Source: Octopus sinensis
Lineage: Eukaryota
Assembly: GCF_006345805.1 (NCBI RefSeq)
Contig: NC_042997.1
Coordinates: 203,112,001-203,176,000 of the forward strand
Direction: 5' to 3'
Length of the DNA: 64,000 nt
Below the pieces are notes generated by a model, which worked only from the letters and a program-made list of their open reading frames with translations, did no database searches and was not told where the DNA came from. The position numbers were made by a program, and so were the translations under genes. Every line of letters starts with the position of its first letter. The first letter of the stretch is position 1. Of this stretch, positions 1 to 13,144 are shown piece after piece.

Positions 1-121
1 AAGAGAGACTGATAGAATAAGTACTAGGCTTACAAAGAATAAGTCCAGGGATCTATTTGTTTGACTATAGGTGGTGCCCAAGCATGGCTGCAGTCAAATG
101 ACACAAATAAAAGAATAAAAG
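1..121 (+). mobile_element. 3' tail of SINE family 1 (cut by window edge)
   Basis: Homologous to the reverse complement of about 1300-1420. Confidence 0.85.
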
Positions 122-1298
122 GGTATCCACAGTACAACATGTCCCTTAAAACTGTTGACCCAGATAATGAAGTTGCTGTCAGTAGACTGTCTGCAGAAGG
201 GTCTCAAAAACGTGATCCCTCTATTTTTCTGCCAACCTTAATTGTAGTGCATATGAAAAAATGTTGCTACCATGCTGGCAGTAAGTAACCCAACTTTAAT
301 TACTGTATCTATCCATCCCTCAGCTAACAATATACCTACCCAGCACATCATATCACTGTTACTCATCCACAATAATGTTTACCATTGTTCCTTGGCCTGA
401 GGCCCCTCTCTATTTGACCCCTTGTTTACAGCACACATCCATTCACCTGCATTCCAACTCCTTTGAATCTCTCCTCACCTACCTTTCCCCGTGCTGACAC
501 CGAAACAGCCCTGAAGCTGAGGGATTATTTATTAATGTGTTGCAAAATATACTGAGGATCAGAGTAGTAAGAAGCCCTTGATGAACCCCATATTAACTTC
601 TAGTAAAGTGATGATTTTATTTGAGAACAATTCACAAACACAACATAGCTCTGTATTTTACTGTGACCATTATTAAATAAGTTCATCAAACATCCTTCAT
701 TCATTATTTTTAACTAAAAAGGAATGGGGAAGACCACAGTTCATTTGCAAGAAATGACTGGTAAAGTCTGTTGGGGAAAAGTTTCCCAATATAAATATTG
801 CAGATCTATGAATGAAGGAGAGAAATGTTGGGGAGGGGACAGAATCAGAATTAATAAATAGCTTAGGAAAGCTTAGAAGGATTATTGCTGAAGATTACAT
901 GCTGAATGTTTCTATCAATGAGCGACAGGATTACTGTTGTCAAAACAGATATCAAAGCCAGCATATATCTACATTGTACACCAAGTTAAAACAACAGTGT
1001 AAAACTACTACAGATAACATCAGGTTTCAAAGCTAGTACAAATCATATAAAAAAAAATTTGTGTGTGTGTGTGTATGTGTGTGCACGTGCATGCATGTAT
1101 GTGTGTGCATGTGCACTAATGTGTAATTTAGTTTTCTAGTAGAAATATGAAACTGCTGTAATGAATAAACCTTTCATACTTTGAAACATAGAAAACAAAA
1201 TTTGACAGGGCAGTCATTCTTAATCACTCGCAAAAACACAGATATTGAGGAGTTGGCGGCTCCTTTAAATTGGAACAGTTAAAGAGATTATTTTGATA

Positions 1299-1696
1299 TA
1301 CTCTTTTACTTGTTTCGGTCATTTGACTGTGGCCATGCTGGAGCACCGCCTTTAGTCGAGCAAATCGACCCCGGGACTTATTCTTTGTAAGCCCAGTACT
1401 TATTCTATCGGTCTCTTTTGCCGAACCGCTAAGTGACGGGGACGTAAACACACCAGCATCGGTTGTCAAGCAATGCCAGGGGGACAAACACAGACACACA
1501 AACACACACATATATATATATATATACATATATACGACAGGCTTCTTTCAGTTTCCGTCTACCAAATCCACTCACAAGGCATTGGTTGGCCCGGGGCTAT
1601 AGCAGAAGACACTTGCCCAAGATGCCACACAGTGGGACTGAACCCGGAACCATGTAGTTGGTTAGCAAGCTACTTACCACACAGCCACTCCTGCGC
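1299..1696 (-). mobile_element. Full-length tRNA-derived SINE (family 1, tail type A)
   Basis: Head GGAGTGGCTGTGTGGTAAG with B-box-like GGGTTCAGTCCC, core cttgggcaagtgtcttct, central TA/CA microsatellite, and tail ending gaaacaagtaaaagagta. Confidence 0.9.
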
Positions 1697-2560
1697 ATTG
1701 AACATTTCAGCTCATCACCATTATCATTTAATGTCCATCATCCATGCCGGCATGAGTTGGATGGTTTGACTGTATACAATTGACCTGAGGCTGTGTTGGG
1801 CTCTAATGTCTGCTTTGACAAAGCTTCTAGGGTTGCATGCCCTTCTTAATGCCAGCCAGCACACAGAGTGTATTGGGTGTTTTGTTTATCATGGTAGCAC
1901 AACTAGTGAAGTCATTAAGTAACTTGTCAGATCATGAATGGCTGGATGTGTAAGAAGGTTCATGAGGGTGTGACAGGAGAGTGACAGATGGTAAAGATGA
2001 GGATAAAAGTTAATGATGAACAAGGATGAAGGCATGAACACTAGTCTCAGTTTGAGGGAATGTAAGGAAAATAGGAATGGATCATGGAGGAGATGGTAAG
2101 TGGTAATACATAAATAAAAGGGTGTGGGGAACAAAAATTTAATAAAACAGTAGATGAGAAAGAGGAAGATAAGGTTAATTAAGTATCATTATTTCTTATA
2201 TATATATGTTCATTATTGAACTATTTAGCATTATATGTACACTTCCATCATTGTGAATTATTTACATCACAACAAATGATATCTGAACTGGTGCTATGTG
2301 ATTCTGACTTTGGAGAACTATGGTTAAGAAGGTCTGTAGCAACCTCAAGAACAAAAGTAAATTGGGAAATAGTAATGAATCTGTTGGGGTGAATGAGATG
2401 ATTACAGACTTATTAGTATTTAGAGAAACAACTGTAAGATTCATTGAGGGTTTATAGCAAGACATAAATAAAGGACATAAGAAGAACTGAAGTTGAGAAA
2501 TATGTCATTCAATGCTTGTGGACTTCATGAAACAGTTGCATATTTCCAACTATTACACTG

Positions 2561-2569
2561 TATATATAC

Positions 2570-2616
<47 letters not shown>
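2561..2616. repeat. (TA)n microsatellite
   Basis: Read directly from the sequence. Confidence 0.97.
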
Positions 2617-2617
<1 letters not shown>

Positions 2618-5459
2618 CATCGGTGTTTTAACATTCACGACTGAAACTTCAATACAGGGTATACAAAATTGAAGGATTGATATAGAGTATATCTGTGAGT
2701 TAGGGGACATTCCAACTGTAGATTGCTTTCTTTTCATGAGTGTCTACCACTGACTGTCTTGTCACATCATTTGTTTCCTACATATTGGAATATGAATAGG
2801 GGTCATTCATACCAATAGTTCTGTATTTCTATGGTGGTTTGAAAGAGAACCCAGATTTATTGTATTAATACAAATGAGACTCACTGAAGCCATCCCATAA
2901 TCCAAGAATGCAGAAACAATTATAGATGGAAAACATGTCACTCGATGCACATGTGAACTTCATATAGTAAAAGTTTCATTATTTCAAACTATAACTCTCT
3001 ACAAAACATCAGTGTCTTCACATGAAAGGACTTAATACACTACAAAGGCAACTTAAATAATACTTCTAAGGATCTTTTCACACAATTATAAGAGATATTG
3101 CATTCCAACAGAGTGCAGATTTCTTGTGAAATAGAGCCTAAAACTGTTGATGTCTAACATGTAACCACTTTTCTTTGGACTATTGCTTAGTTACACTATT
3201 TCCTCATACCAAAAGGCAACAAAGTCCTACATTGATGGGGGTCTAAGATTCATATGACATTGCCCATGTCTTATTCCTTAGATGAGCATATGTGGTATAA
3301 AATCATTATGATCCGACACCAGAAATTACAAAGGTTGTGATGCAAACTGGAATGGACACTGCTCTCATTATAAGGCAGAGGGTGGGATTTGGTGTATAAA
3401 AAGTTTGGCTCCTGTACACCAAATCAAACTTATAGATCAACTGCTTGCAATAAGTGATGGTAACTCAGTTTGAGAAGCACATATGTTAACAAACAGGATC
3501 AAGCATATCGAAAAAGGGACCTAAGTTGTATTCAATTCACCCAGGATAGGTTTCAGAGGGATGTGAAGATATTATAATATTATAATAGAAACACAAAACT
3601 ATTGCTATGAATAAACTCCTGAAAGGCTGGACTGCTGATGGTAAATAGCTATGAAGACAAGAAGGCCTACAACTCCATGAGTCAGAGGATCCCTTCACTT
3701 GTTAAATAGGCCTTTTTCATACACACTGCATATATGCATACTTTCAGTTATGTGTCATTATTTCTTGTTATATAAACACTCATTGCTGAAGTATTGCTAA
3801 ATCTAAATTCTTGTCTCTGTGAATCATTTACCCCATAACATGTAGAAAATTACCCAGGATGAGATATTATGGTAATACATAGGAAACACCTGCCTATGTC
3901 CAGCAAGTGATATCTTTTTTGATTCTTCTCTATTGACATCAGACCATTAATCAGAACATATTCATTGCTTCACTCAACAATCATCAGTGAAAAATGTAAT
4001 ATTCCTGTTACACTGCATAAATATCAGTATAATAGACATATTTAATTCTGTTTGATCCACCATTTCAATACAGCACACAGTTCATATAAAAGATATTTGT
4101 AATTTATGATTCCAAACCAAAGCACAATAAAGATTAACTTCTATAAAGTTACCATTCTATGATCAATGGTTTGTCATCCTGGAGATAACAATGGACCATC
4201 AGCTACAGTTTATAAAGAACCAACATTTATATGAGAATCACAACACAATTGAAGATATTTCTTCCTAAAATACAATGAAATCTAATATATGGTCACTAAA
4301 AAAATAATATAAAAATATATGCCTCATAAATACCAAATACTGTCAAAATTAATAAAAAAATAAACACCTACAATATAAACCACAGAAAGTTACATAAAGT
4401 AGTTTTATCCATATTAGTGTTATAATGTCTAGCTACTATAATAATAATCATCGTTTCTAATTTGGAGACAAGAAATTTTTAGGAGAGGAGCAAGTTAATT
4501 TCATCAAGCTTATTACTAGATTGGTACTTATTGACCCTGAAAAGATGAAAGGCAAAATGAACTAGAAGAAATGCTGCTATGCATTTTGTGCTCTAATGAT
4601 TCTGCCAGCACACCACCATAATAATAATAATAATTCTTTCTGCTACTGGCAAAAGTTAAGAAATTTGAGGGAAAGAAGTTGGTCAATTTCATTGAACACA
4701 GCACCTTAACCAAGCCTGAAAGAATGAAAAGCTAAGTTGACCTCAGCAAGATTTGAACTCAGATCATAAAGAGCCATAACTTAAACACTACAAGGTAATC
4801 ACTATATCATGCTGCTGCCACCACCACCACCATCATCATCACTAATGTGACATTTGTATATAGTGCATAACTATTTAATTAGGGGTATCTAATTGTTGCA
4901 TTTTCATTATGAGGTGGTTAATGGCATCCTCTTTGACCTCTTCTGGCTTTTCTCCAGCTTTTTAATGACATTTTCTATGTTGGCATCGTTAACTTGGATC
5001 TAATTGTTATTCTTTCCATTTAGCCTGGATTTCTCACAGCCTCCACACTCTTTACTTTCGGTCACGAGTTTTCATGTTATTTTAAACATCCAACCTTAAT
5101 GTATGCTTAGTCCATTCCTAACTCTCCTTCTACAAACAACACATTGCTTTAAACAATTGCAATTACTCTGTTCTTAAGCTCTCCAAGAAGAGATATTGCC
5201 ATTTGTATGTAAGCCATCCTTAATTGCTTTCTAGCAATTGAAGGCTAAATTTGAGGACCCTATTCCAATGTCAAAATGTTATTTCTAATATCATGTGGCT
5301 GTAAAGGATTTGTTTATATATATGTGTGTGTGTGTGTGTGCACGCACACACATACAGACATGCATATCCAAACACACACACAAACACAGTATTGAATGTT
5401 CTTAATATAAGGGAGGGGAGAAGCATTTTTGGATATTATATATATAATCATCATATCAT

Positions 5460-5464
<5 letters not shown>

Positions 5465-5521
<57 letters not shown>

Positions 5522-5533
5522 AAGTGAGAGAGT
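5465..5533. repeat. (TA)n(GA)n compound microsatellite
   Basis: Read directly from the sequence. Confidence 0.97.
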
Positions 5534-5854
5534 GAGAAAGCAAGGAAGGTTTAGAATATTTATTTTGAAAATGCATGCAAGAATTTCATAAAACTTACAA
5601 ACTGATATGAAAACATTCAGTTTGAGATACAGGAGTGATAATGTTATTTTCGCTGTGTATAAAAGAAGGAATGAACATTCACTAAATTTGATGCATGTCA
5701 CATCAATCAAATATTGGCAAGACTCAATTATCTTGTGGCAAGCAATTAATAATTTTCTAGCAAGTTTTCCTTGACACATACTAAATAAATGTTTCCAGGT
5801 TGTGATTGGTTTGATTTATATATCAAAATGGAAAGTAATAATAATATAATAATT

Positions 5855-6232
5855 AGGCACAGACACAAACCAGACAGAGTGACTAAGTCAGAGACTTACA
5901 AAATCCTGTGGGATTTCCCATTTCAGAGGGATCAGGTATTTGGGCACAACAAACCAAACCTAGTGGTGGCAAACAAGGGGAATCACATGTGCTCTATAAT
6001 TGATGTTGCATGTCCATTTGACCCAAGGATAGTTAGGAAGAAAGGCGAGGAAATAGGCAGATACAATCCTCCTAAATATAAAATAGTCTGACTGTGGACG
6101 ATAAAAAAGGTGAAAATAGTACCAACTCTTGTTCCGGCATAGGGAACAGTATCAAAGGTGGCAAGAGGAACATAAACCAGCTAATCATGCAAAATTCCAA
6201 GAGTTCCAACCAAACCCAAGTTATAATGATAA
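5855..6232 (+). mobile_element. 3' fragment of an R4/Dong-like non-LTR element (restriction-like endonuclease domain)
   Basis: HKPDRVTKSETYKILWDFPFQRDQVFGHNKPNLVV..IIDVACPFD..Y..KYKIV*LWTIKKVKIVP..A*GTVSK matches the RLE domain pattern KILWDF..PD..IIDV.CPFD..ALG. Confidence 0.8.
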
Positions 6233-6582
6233 GATGCAAAAGAAGAAACAAAATAAAAGAAGAAACAAGAAGGGAGAAGAAACAAAAAGGGAAAAGAAAG
6301 AAGGAAGAAGGGAAAAAAGAAAAAAGAACCAACAACAAAAAAAAAAGAGGAAAAACATTGTGCTTTCAAAAACAACTAAGCTAATTCAACAGTTTTGATA
6401 TTGAATTATGGAACTTGACAGGAAAACCAAAATGATGAATAGCGTATAGAACTAAAATTAAACTACTCTACATAAATATAATTAAGACTATACAAGTACA
6501 TAACCAACTGTTAATTCATTGTCTCACAGAAACAGGGATGATAGAAAAGAGAAAGTTATAAAAACTGTTTTGAGCAACTTAC

Positions 6583-6792
6583 ATCAAAATCCTTCAGCAC
6601 TCGGCTTGCTGTAGGCTGTGAAGTAGCTAAACCAATACCAGAGTCTCCATTGACTGTCGGAGAAAGGCTGTCACTAGACATTCCACCATTGGTAACTATT
6701 TGATGAACCATGTCGAGTGCCCGTCGCATTTGGGCAAACACACCAGCTCGGTTTTGTTTGGCAGAATGGCAGTCAGGATGGCGCAAGCATGT
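6583..6792 (-). CDS. CTNNAL1: alpha-catulin internal coding exon (210 nt, phase 0-0): TCLRHPDCHSAKQNRAGVFAQMRRALDMVHQIVTNGGMSSDSLSPTVNGDSGIGLATSQPTASRVLKDFD
   Basis: Acceptor attaatctttccag|ACA and donor GAT|gtaagttg. The N-terminal half matches recalled human TCLRHPNCESAHKNKEGVFDRMKVALDKVIEIVTD. Confidence 0.93.
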
Positions 6793-8150
6793 CTGGAAAG
6801 ATTAATAAATATAGATAACATTTATTTTTTGCCCCTATTATTCTTTCAATTACAGATTCTGTAACTTGTCAGCATCATTACTATCATTTTACATCTGCTT
6901 TCCATATATATATATATAATATATATATATATATATTCAGAGATAATACTCACCTAGATGGGTTGGTGAACCACATCCTGCCCAATTGTTTCATTTTGGG
7001 TTCAGTTTTTATGGCTAGATGCCCATCCTAACACCAACCACTTTACAGAATGTACTGAATAAATCTTTTCAAGACACCATCACTTGGGAGGTAGACATGT
7101 TCTTTATATGTTCAAAAGGGATCCCAAATGATCCCACATTTAAAAATAAATTCAGGTTTTATTTTAAAAGATTCTCAGTTCGGAAAAACTGCAGATGCCC
7201 ATTTGAATGAAAGCTTTTAACCTTTAAAACAGAAGCAATCGGAAACACTTTACAACGCTGTATGCCATTAATATCAAGAATAGAGGCACAGATGTAGCTG
7301 TGTGATTCAGAAGCTGGTTTTCCAATCACATAGTTTCCGGTTCAGTTGCATTGCATGGCACCTTGGGCAAGTGTCTTCTACTATAGCCTTCAGACAACCA
7401 AAGCCTTGTGAGTGGATTTGGTAGACAGAAAGTGAAAGAAACCCACCGTATGTATATATGTGTATGTGCATGCATTTGTGCATCTCTTTGACATCATGTA
7501 ATAGTTGTAAATGAGTGTCAATGTCATACAAGCAGTGTCATTCATTTCTAATATGCAAAAATATGTATGGCTATGGGGAAATATTACCTTGCTTAGAAAC
7601 AGGTAAGGGTTGGTGACAGGAAGGGCATCCAGTTATAGAAATTCTACATCAATAAACTTTGTTCAGCCCATACAAGCATGAAAAAAAATTGACCTTAAAA
7701 CAATAATAATGATGAATTCTGAAGTTTTTAATTCAATACATGGATGGATGAAGCAGTTCTGGTATTGTTTTGATAATCAGAAAGTTAATCAAATCTTAGA
7801 ATTAAACCAAATGTCATTTCCTGCAGTTTCATACCTTACTAGCTGCAAAGATCTGTGAATTGCAACTGGGTTAGAATATAGTTGTGTAACAAGGGAACCA
7901 ACTAGAAAAAAAAGCTTAATATCATCAGAGATAAATGTTCCATTCAACTATTCCTACTTGATATGATGGAACGGATTCTTCATTTGCGTTTCATTTTCTA
8001 AAATCAATACACTTTCAATAAGTTTGTCCAATATTGTCCTGAGGAGGTTTAAGTTTCTAAAGACATCAAAGACTAAACAGAGGCCCTGATCAATCCATGT
8101 TAATATCAAAGGATCTTCTTATTTCAAGTGACAGAAGGAATTCTAAATAC
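6793..8150 (-). other. CTNNAL1: 1,358-bp GT-AG intron of alpha-catulin
   Basis: The flanking exons are contiguous in the protein (..LTSSK / TCLRHP..) with canonical splice dinucleotides. Confidence 0.9.
7285..7712 (+). mobile_element. SINE family 1 head with an RTE-like tail (type B)
   Basis: Same head and core as 1299-1696, but the tail runs gacatcatgtaatagttgtaaatgag..aagggcatccag..aataatgatg. Confidence 0.8.
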
Positions 8151-8240
8151 CTTGGACGAAGTTAGCAGCATCATTGTCGCCTTTTCAAGTACTGCACGTG
8201 CTGCCCCCATTTGAGCACGCTGTTTATCACTCTTCAGATC
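8151..8240 (-). CDS. CTNNAL1: alpha-catulin internal coding exon (90 nt, phase 0-0): DLKSDKQRAQMGAARAVLEKATMMLLTSSK
   Basis: Acceptor ttttattttaaaatttcag|GAT and donor AAG|gtattt. Matches recalled human DLKDEKKKAKMAAARAVLEKCTMMLLTASK (vinculin/alpha-catenin family). Confidence 0.94.
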
Positions 8241-8766
8241 CTGAAATTTTAAAATAAAAGGATTTAATTTCTCAGAGGTAATATTTAAACGAAGGGAAAA
8301 TGTTTGACGTAACAAACTCAAATCTTCTATATCGTTAATGTCACATATTATTAAATACATTACACAAGCACATACACACAAATACACATACATACACATG
8401 CAAATACACATACAACTACACAGATACATATACACACATGTATACAAATAATTACATACATATACATACAAACACACCCATACATACAACTTCATCTATG
8501 TTCATATGTATGACAAAGAATTGTGTTTTTATTTGCAGAGAAAAATTACTTCTCAAATAAAGCCAAAAAATGTTGAATGGGAAAGTCATTTTTACAGCAT
8601 TTTAGTTCCAGCAGATCAACAAACATAAGATAAAAAAAAAATATTTAAAAAAGGGCAAAAAAATTTTCCACTGCAAATTCAAGTTTCAATCATCTTTCCT
8701 CGCCTCAATTCTACGTTGCACTCACTGAACTCTTCTCCAGAGTATCGAATAGATGGGGAGGCCGTC

Positions 8767-9203
<437 letters not shown>

Positions 9204-9602
9204 AAATCAGGCCTATTTCCGTAGCTGAGATTTCACATATCCAAGCCATAAAATATGCTAAACTGAAATGTTGTGTAAACAATAATTCAAATTAATGTCG
9301 ATGATGAAAAGGAAAAAGTAAAACAGCTGTTTGAATGTTTATTTGCCTTCATAGTACTTAATGACACTGTTTTCTGCTTATAACAATAACTAATAATTAC
9401 TTAAACAATGTCTGCTTAATGTTAACGATTAATTAATGAGATTCTGCGTCTTCTACTTTTAAAACTAGTAATAGGGTTATATAAGCAGAAATAAGGTAAG
9501 AACATAAGGCCTATACATACATGTGTGTGTGAGTGTGTATGTATGTATGTGTAAGTATATATATATATATATAATATATATATATATAATATATATATAT
9601 AT

Positions 9603-10123
9603 CGAACCTCATCCGACGACAGGCATCCATGCCAACCTCCCTTTGCTTGCGAAGACCTGTTGGGGCAAGTGAAATCGAAATCGGAATCGAAATTGAACCA
9701 ATCCTATGACTGGCACCCAGCAGATGCCAGGACCCCTGGACTGGTGGTATGTAAAAAGCACTATCCGAATCATGGCCGATGCCAGCGCCGCCTCAACTGG
9801 CTTCCGTGCCAGTGGCACGTAAAAAGCACCATCCGAATTGTGGCCGATGCCAGTGTCGCCTCGACTGGCTTCCGTGCTGGTGGCACGTAAAATGCCCCAA
9901 TCTGACCGTGGTCGTTGCCAGCCTCTCCTGGCACCTGTGCAGGTGGCACGTAAAAAGCACCCACTACACTCATGGAGTGGTTGGCGTTAGGAAGGGCATC
10001 CAGCTGTAGAAACATTGCCAGATAAGACTGGAGCCTGGTACAGCCTTCTGGCTTCCCAGATCCCCGGTCGAACCGTCCAACCCATGCTAGCATGGAGAAC
10101 GGACGTTAAACGATGATGATGAT
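9603..10123 (+). mobile_element. Young 5'-truncated RTE copy with about 3-4 array units, inserted in (TA)n
   Basis: Same units and (GAT)n tail as 17749-18421, with (TA)n on both flanks. Confidence 0.85.
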
Positions 10124-10154
10124 GATATATATATATATATATATATAATGTATA

Positions 10155-10330
10155 GGCACAGGCATGGCTATGTGGTAAGAAGCTTGCTTCTCAACAACAT
10201 GGCACCTTGGGCAAGTGTCTTCTACCTTAGCCTCAGGCCAACCAAATCCTTGTGAGTGGATTTCATAGATGAAAACTGAGAGAAGCCCATTGCATATGTG
10301 TATGTGTGTGTGTGTCCGTGTCCTGCATCA
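10155..10330 (+). mobile_element. SINE family 1 head, B-box region deleted
   Basis: ggcacaggcatggctatgtggtaagaagc..ggcaccttgggcaagtgtctt. Confidence 0.8.
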
Positions 10331-10674
10331 CCACTTGACAGTCAGGGTCAACTTCATCTTTCATCATTCTGGAGATCAATAAAATAAGGACCGGTTGTCA
10401 ATATAATCAATTAACACCCACCCTTTAAAATTGCTAGCCTTGTGCCAAAATTAGAAAGAATTATGAATATTAATAATTCTTTTTAAGGTGGCAAACTGGG
10501 AGAATCATCATCTTTTCAAGGTTGATAAAATAAGTACACGTTGAGCACTGGAAAGGGCAGGGGCAATATAATCAACATACTTCTCTCCTGAATTTTCAAT
10601 TTCTTTGGTATCGACTCTGCTATCATTGGCTAATTACAAAATCAATGATCTTACATTGTTCGTATACTCTCTCC

Positions 10675-10790
10675 TATTATTATTGTTATTCTCCAACCTA
10701 GAGAGCTTTTCTGGCCAGGTTCTGTGTCTCTGTCCAGAGGAGGCACAACACCTTCTTCAGCACAAGCCATTCCAAGCACTGCATTATCCT
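10675..10790 (-). mobile_element. Extreme 3' end of an R4/Dong-like element with (TAA)n-like tail
   Basis: With a frameshift it reads AVLGMA.VLKKVL (compare the RLE-LINE terminus LGTAHILRKVL), followed by ataacaataataat. Confidence 0.45.
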
Positions 10791-11257
10791 TATCATTGAG
10801 TGAGAGAGCAGCACATGCCATCAAAGTGACACTGAGGTACAAATATACAAAGTCCAATAAGCCCATCATGGCTACCCATTGATAAGAGGACATCAGGCAC
10901 ATGCATGACAACCATGTGTGAGGCATTGTGATCTCATATCAAGATAAAGAGCACATGACCCTGCAAGTGAGGTCCAGTTAGAATTTTCTTCAGATCAGGT
11001 AGCCCATCCCGCTCAAAAGATCCCTGAATAAGGTCCCCACTACTTCTGCTTGTGATCAGAGATGCACATTTTGTCAACCACCAAGAGACATGCTCAACTG
11101 ATTAAGATCAAACAACTGACAAACAAATCTGTGGTATTGAGCAGAATATTTGCTGTAGTCCATCTTTTACACAAAGACAAAACATGTACATGATAACACT
11201 TCCAATCAGTTAAAATCAGAAGCCATGAAAGCCACTGCCTGGTATTGCATCAGAGCA

Positions 11258-11259
<2 letters not shown>

Positions 11260-11303
<44 letters not shown>

Positions 11304-11337
11304 TGCATATTATTATTATTATTATCATTATTATTAT
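11260..11337. repeat. (ATT)n microsatellite
   Basis: Read directly from the sequence. Confidence 0.97.
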
Positions 11338-11598
11338 CCACATGGAGATTTATCATCTTCTAAACAGTGACTTGAATATTGGATTAATTGATGAGCAGTA
11401 GTCTTGTTGCTGATAGCTGATCAAATAGTTTCATAACTCCACAATCAGAATGAACATCACACTTTCTGCAAACATAACCAGATGTCAAAAACATTGATCA
11501 GAATTTCTCAGCACCAGAAATAGGTGTTGTATTCTTATTATTAAAAATGACTTTATCAAAAAGATAAAGACATCTCTATTTTAAATCAAAGAAATCTT

Positions 11599-11940
11599 TC
11601 ATCATCATCAAAGTTTAATGTCCATCTTCCAGGCTGGCATGGGTTGGACAGTTTGACTGAGGACTGGCAAGCCAGAAGGCTGTACCAGGATCTAATCTGA
11701 TCTGGCAGGGTTTCTACAACTGGATGCCCTTCCTAATGCCAACCACTCCGAGTGTAGTGGGTGCTTTTTACATGCCACCAGCATGAGGGCCAGTCAGGTA
11801 GCACTGGCATCAACCACACTTGAAGCATGCTTTTTACGTGCCTCCAGTGCGGGAGCCAGTCAGGCGAGCTGGCAGGAACGTTAGCAGGCCTGGCGAAATG
11901 CTTAACGGTATTTCGTCTGCCGTTACGTTGTGAGTTCAAA
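11599..11940. mobile_element. RTE 3' tail (minus) fused to a SINE family 2 head (plus)
   Basis: (CAT)n start and array units to about 11866, then agctggcaggaacgttagca..gagttcaaat head. Confidence 0.7.
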
Positions 11941-11958
11941 TAAAGAAATTGGTACTAG

Positions 11959-12019
<61 letters not shown>

Positions 12020-12587
12020 TACATACGCAACGCGCACACACACACACATGTATATGTGTGTGAGTGTGTCTTTCTTTCCGTATTTGTCCACCAACACCAC
12101 TCCACAACTGGTGTTAAGTGTGTTTAGATTCCTGATATCTAACGGTTCAGCAAAAGAGACCAATAGAATAAGTACCAGGCTAAAAAATTAAGTTCTGAGG
12201 TCAATTTGTGCGCGGGTTCAACCCAGAACTTCAACTGAGAAGCCCTGGTATGTTTTTACAAATTTCCACTGTATCGCTATGTGTGTGTATGCAAATGTAG
12301 ATATGAATGTATACAAATACATGAATGTGTGTGTGTGTGTGCTTGCACATAATAAAGCTATCAGCTATTCACTATAGTTACCACTAAAACAATGCATACT
12401 AATGATAATAATTAGCATTACTGATTAACAAAAGAACATTTCATATTTCTCCTACTTCCCAAGACTTAGATATATCTATTCAAGGTTATATTGTTATCAA
12501 AAAAGTCGTCGAATTAATTAATTGTTAATAAATTCGACCAAGCAGTATTCGGTATGTAAAGACCATTTACGGTATATTTGAAGTATT

Positions 12588-12780
12588 CATCATCATCATC
12601 GTCGTTTAACGTCCATTCTCCATGCTAGCATGGGTTGGACGGTTCGACCGGGGTTCTGGGAAGCCAGAAGGCTGCACCAGGCTCCAGTCTAATTTGGCAA
12701 TGTTTCTACAGCTGGATGCCCTTCCTAATGCCAACCACTCCGTGAGTGTAGTGGGTGCTTTTTACGTGCCACCTGCACAG
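12588..12780 (-). mobile_element. Young RTE 3' tail with 16-17 bp target-site duplication
   Basis: (CAT)n at the left; GGTATATTTGAAGTATT at 12571-12587 and 12780-12796. Confidence 0.9.
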
Positions 12781-12792
12781 GTATATTTGAAG

Positions 12793-13136
12793 TATTAATT
12801 TATAAAAATATGGTAAAGTAAAAGAATTCACTTTACCACACACCGAACTTTTCAGAAATAGCAGCCAAAATTTGGCTATTTCTTCAACTGCAAATAAAAG
12901 TCTCCAGACAATGCATACTCAGAAAAATAACTCACATAGGTATAAGGGAAAAACAATGAATGTGATCTTTCATTGTTTTTCCCTTATACCTATGTGAGTT
13001 ATTTTTCTGAGTATGCATTGTCTGGAGACTTTTATTTGCAGTTGAAGAAATAGCCAAATTTTGGCTGCTATTTCTGAATAGTTCGGTGTGTGGTAAAGTG
13101 AATTCTTTTACTTTACCATATTTTTATAAATTAATA
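12793..13136. repeat. 344-bp palindrome: 168-bp arms, 8-nt spacer, 1 mismatch
   Basis: Arm 12793-12960 is the reverse complement of 12969-13136 except at 12850/13079; spacer TGTGATCT. Confidence 0.97.
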
Positions 13137-13144
13137 TTCAAGGT

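Noticed and set aside
1620-1696. tRNA-like heads with A/B boxes (also at 39549, 51221, 62878)
   Set aside because: They do not form a complete cloverleaf and continue into SINE bodies, so they are not tRNA genes.
4900-5000. Short minus-strand frame QVNDANIENVIKKLEKSQKRSK as a possible next catulin exon
   Set aside because: No similarity to the expected downstream segment (..DFTDSAYTSHEHRE..) and weak splice sites. The next exon is probably outside the window.
6094-6398. Lys/Arg-rich ORFs
   Set aside because: They derive from the R4-like 3' end and an A-rich polypurine tract.
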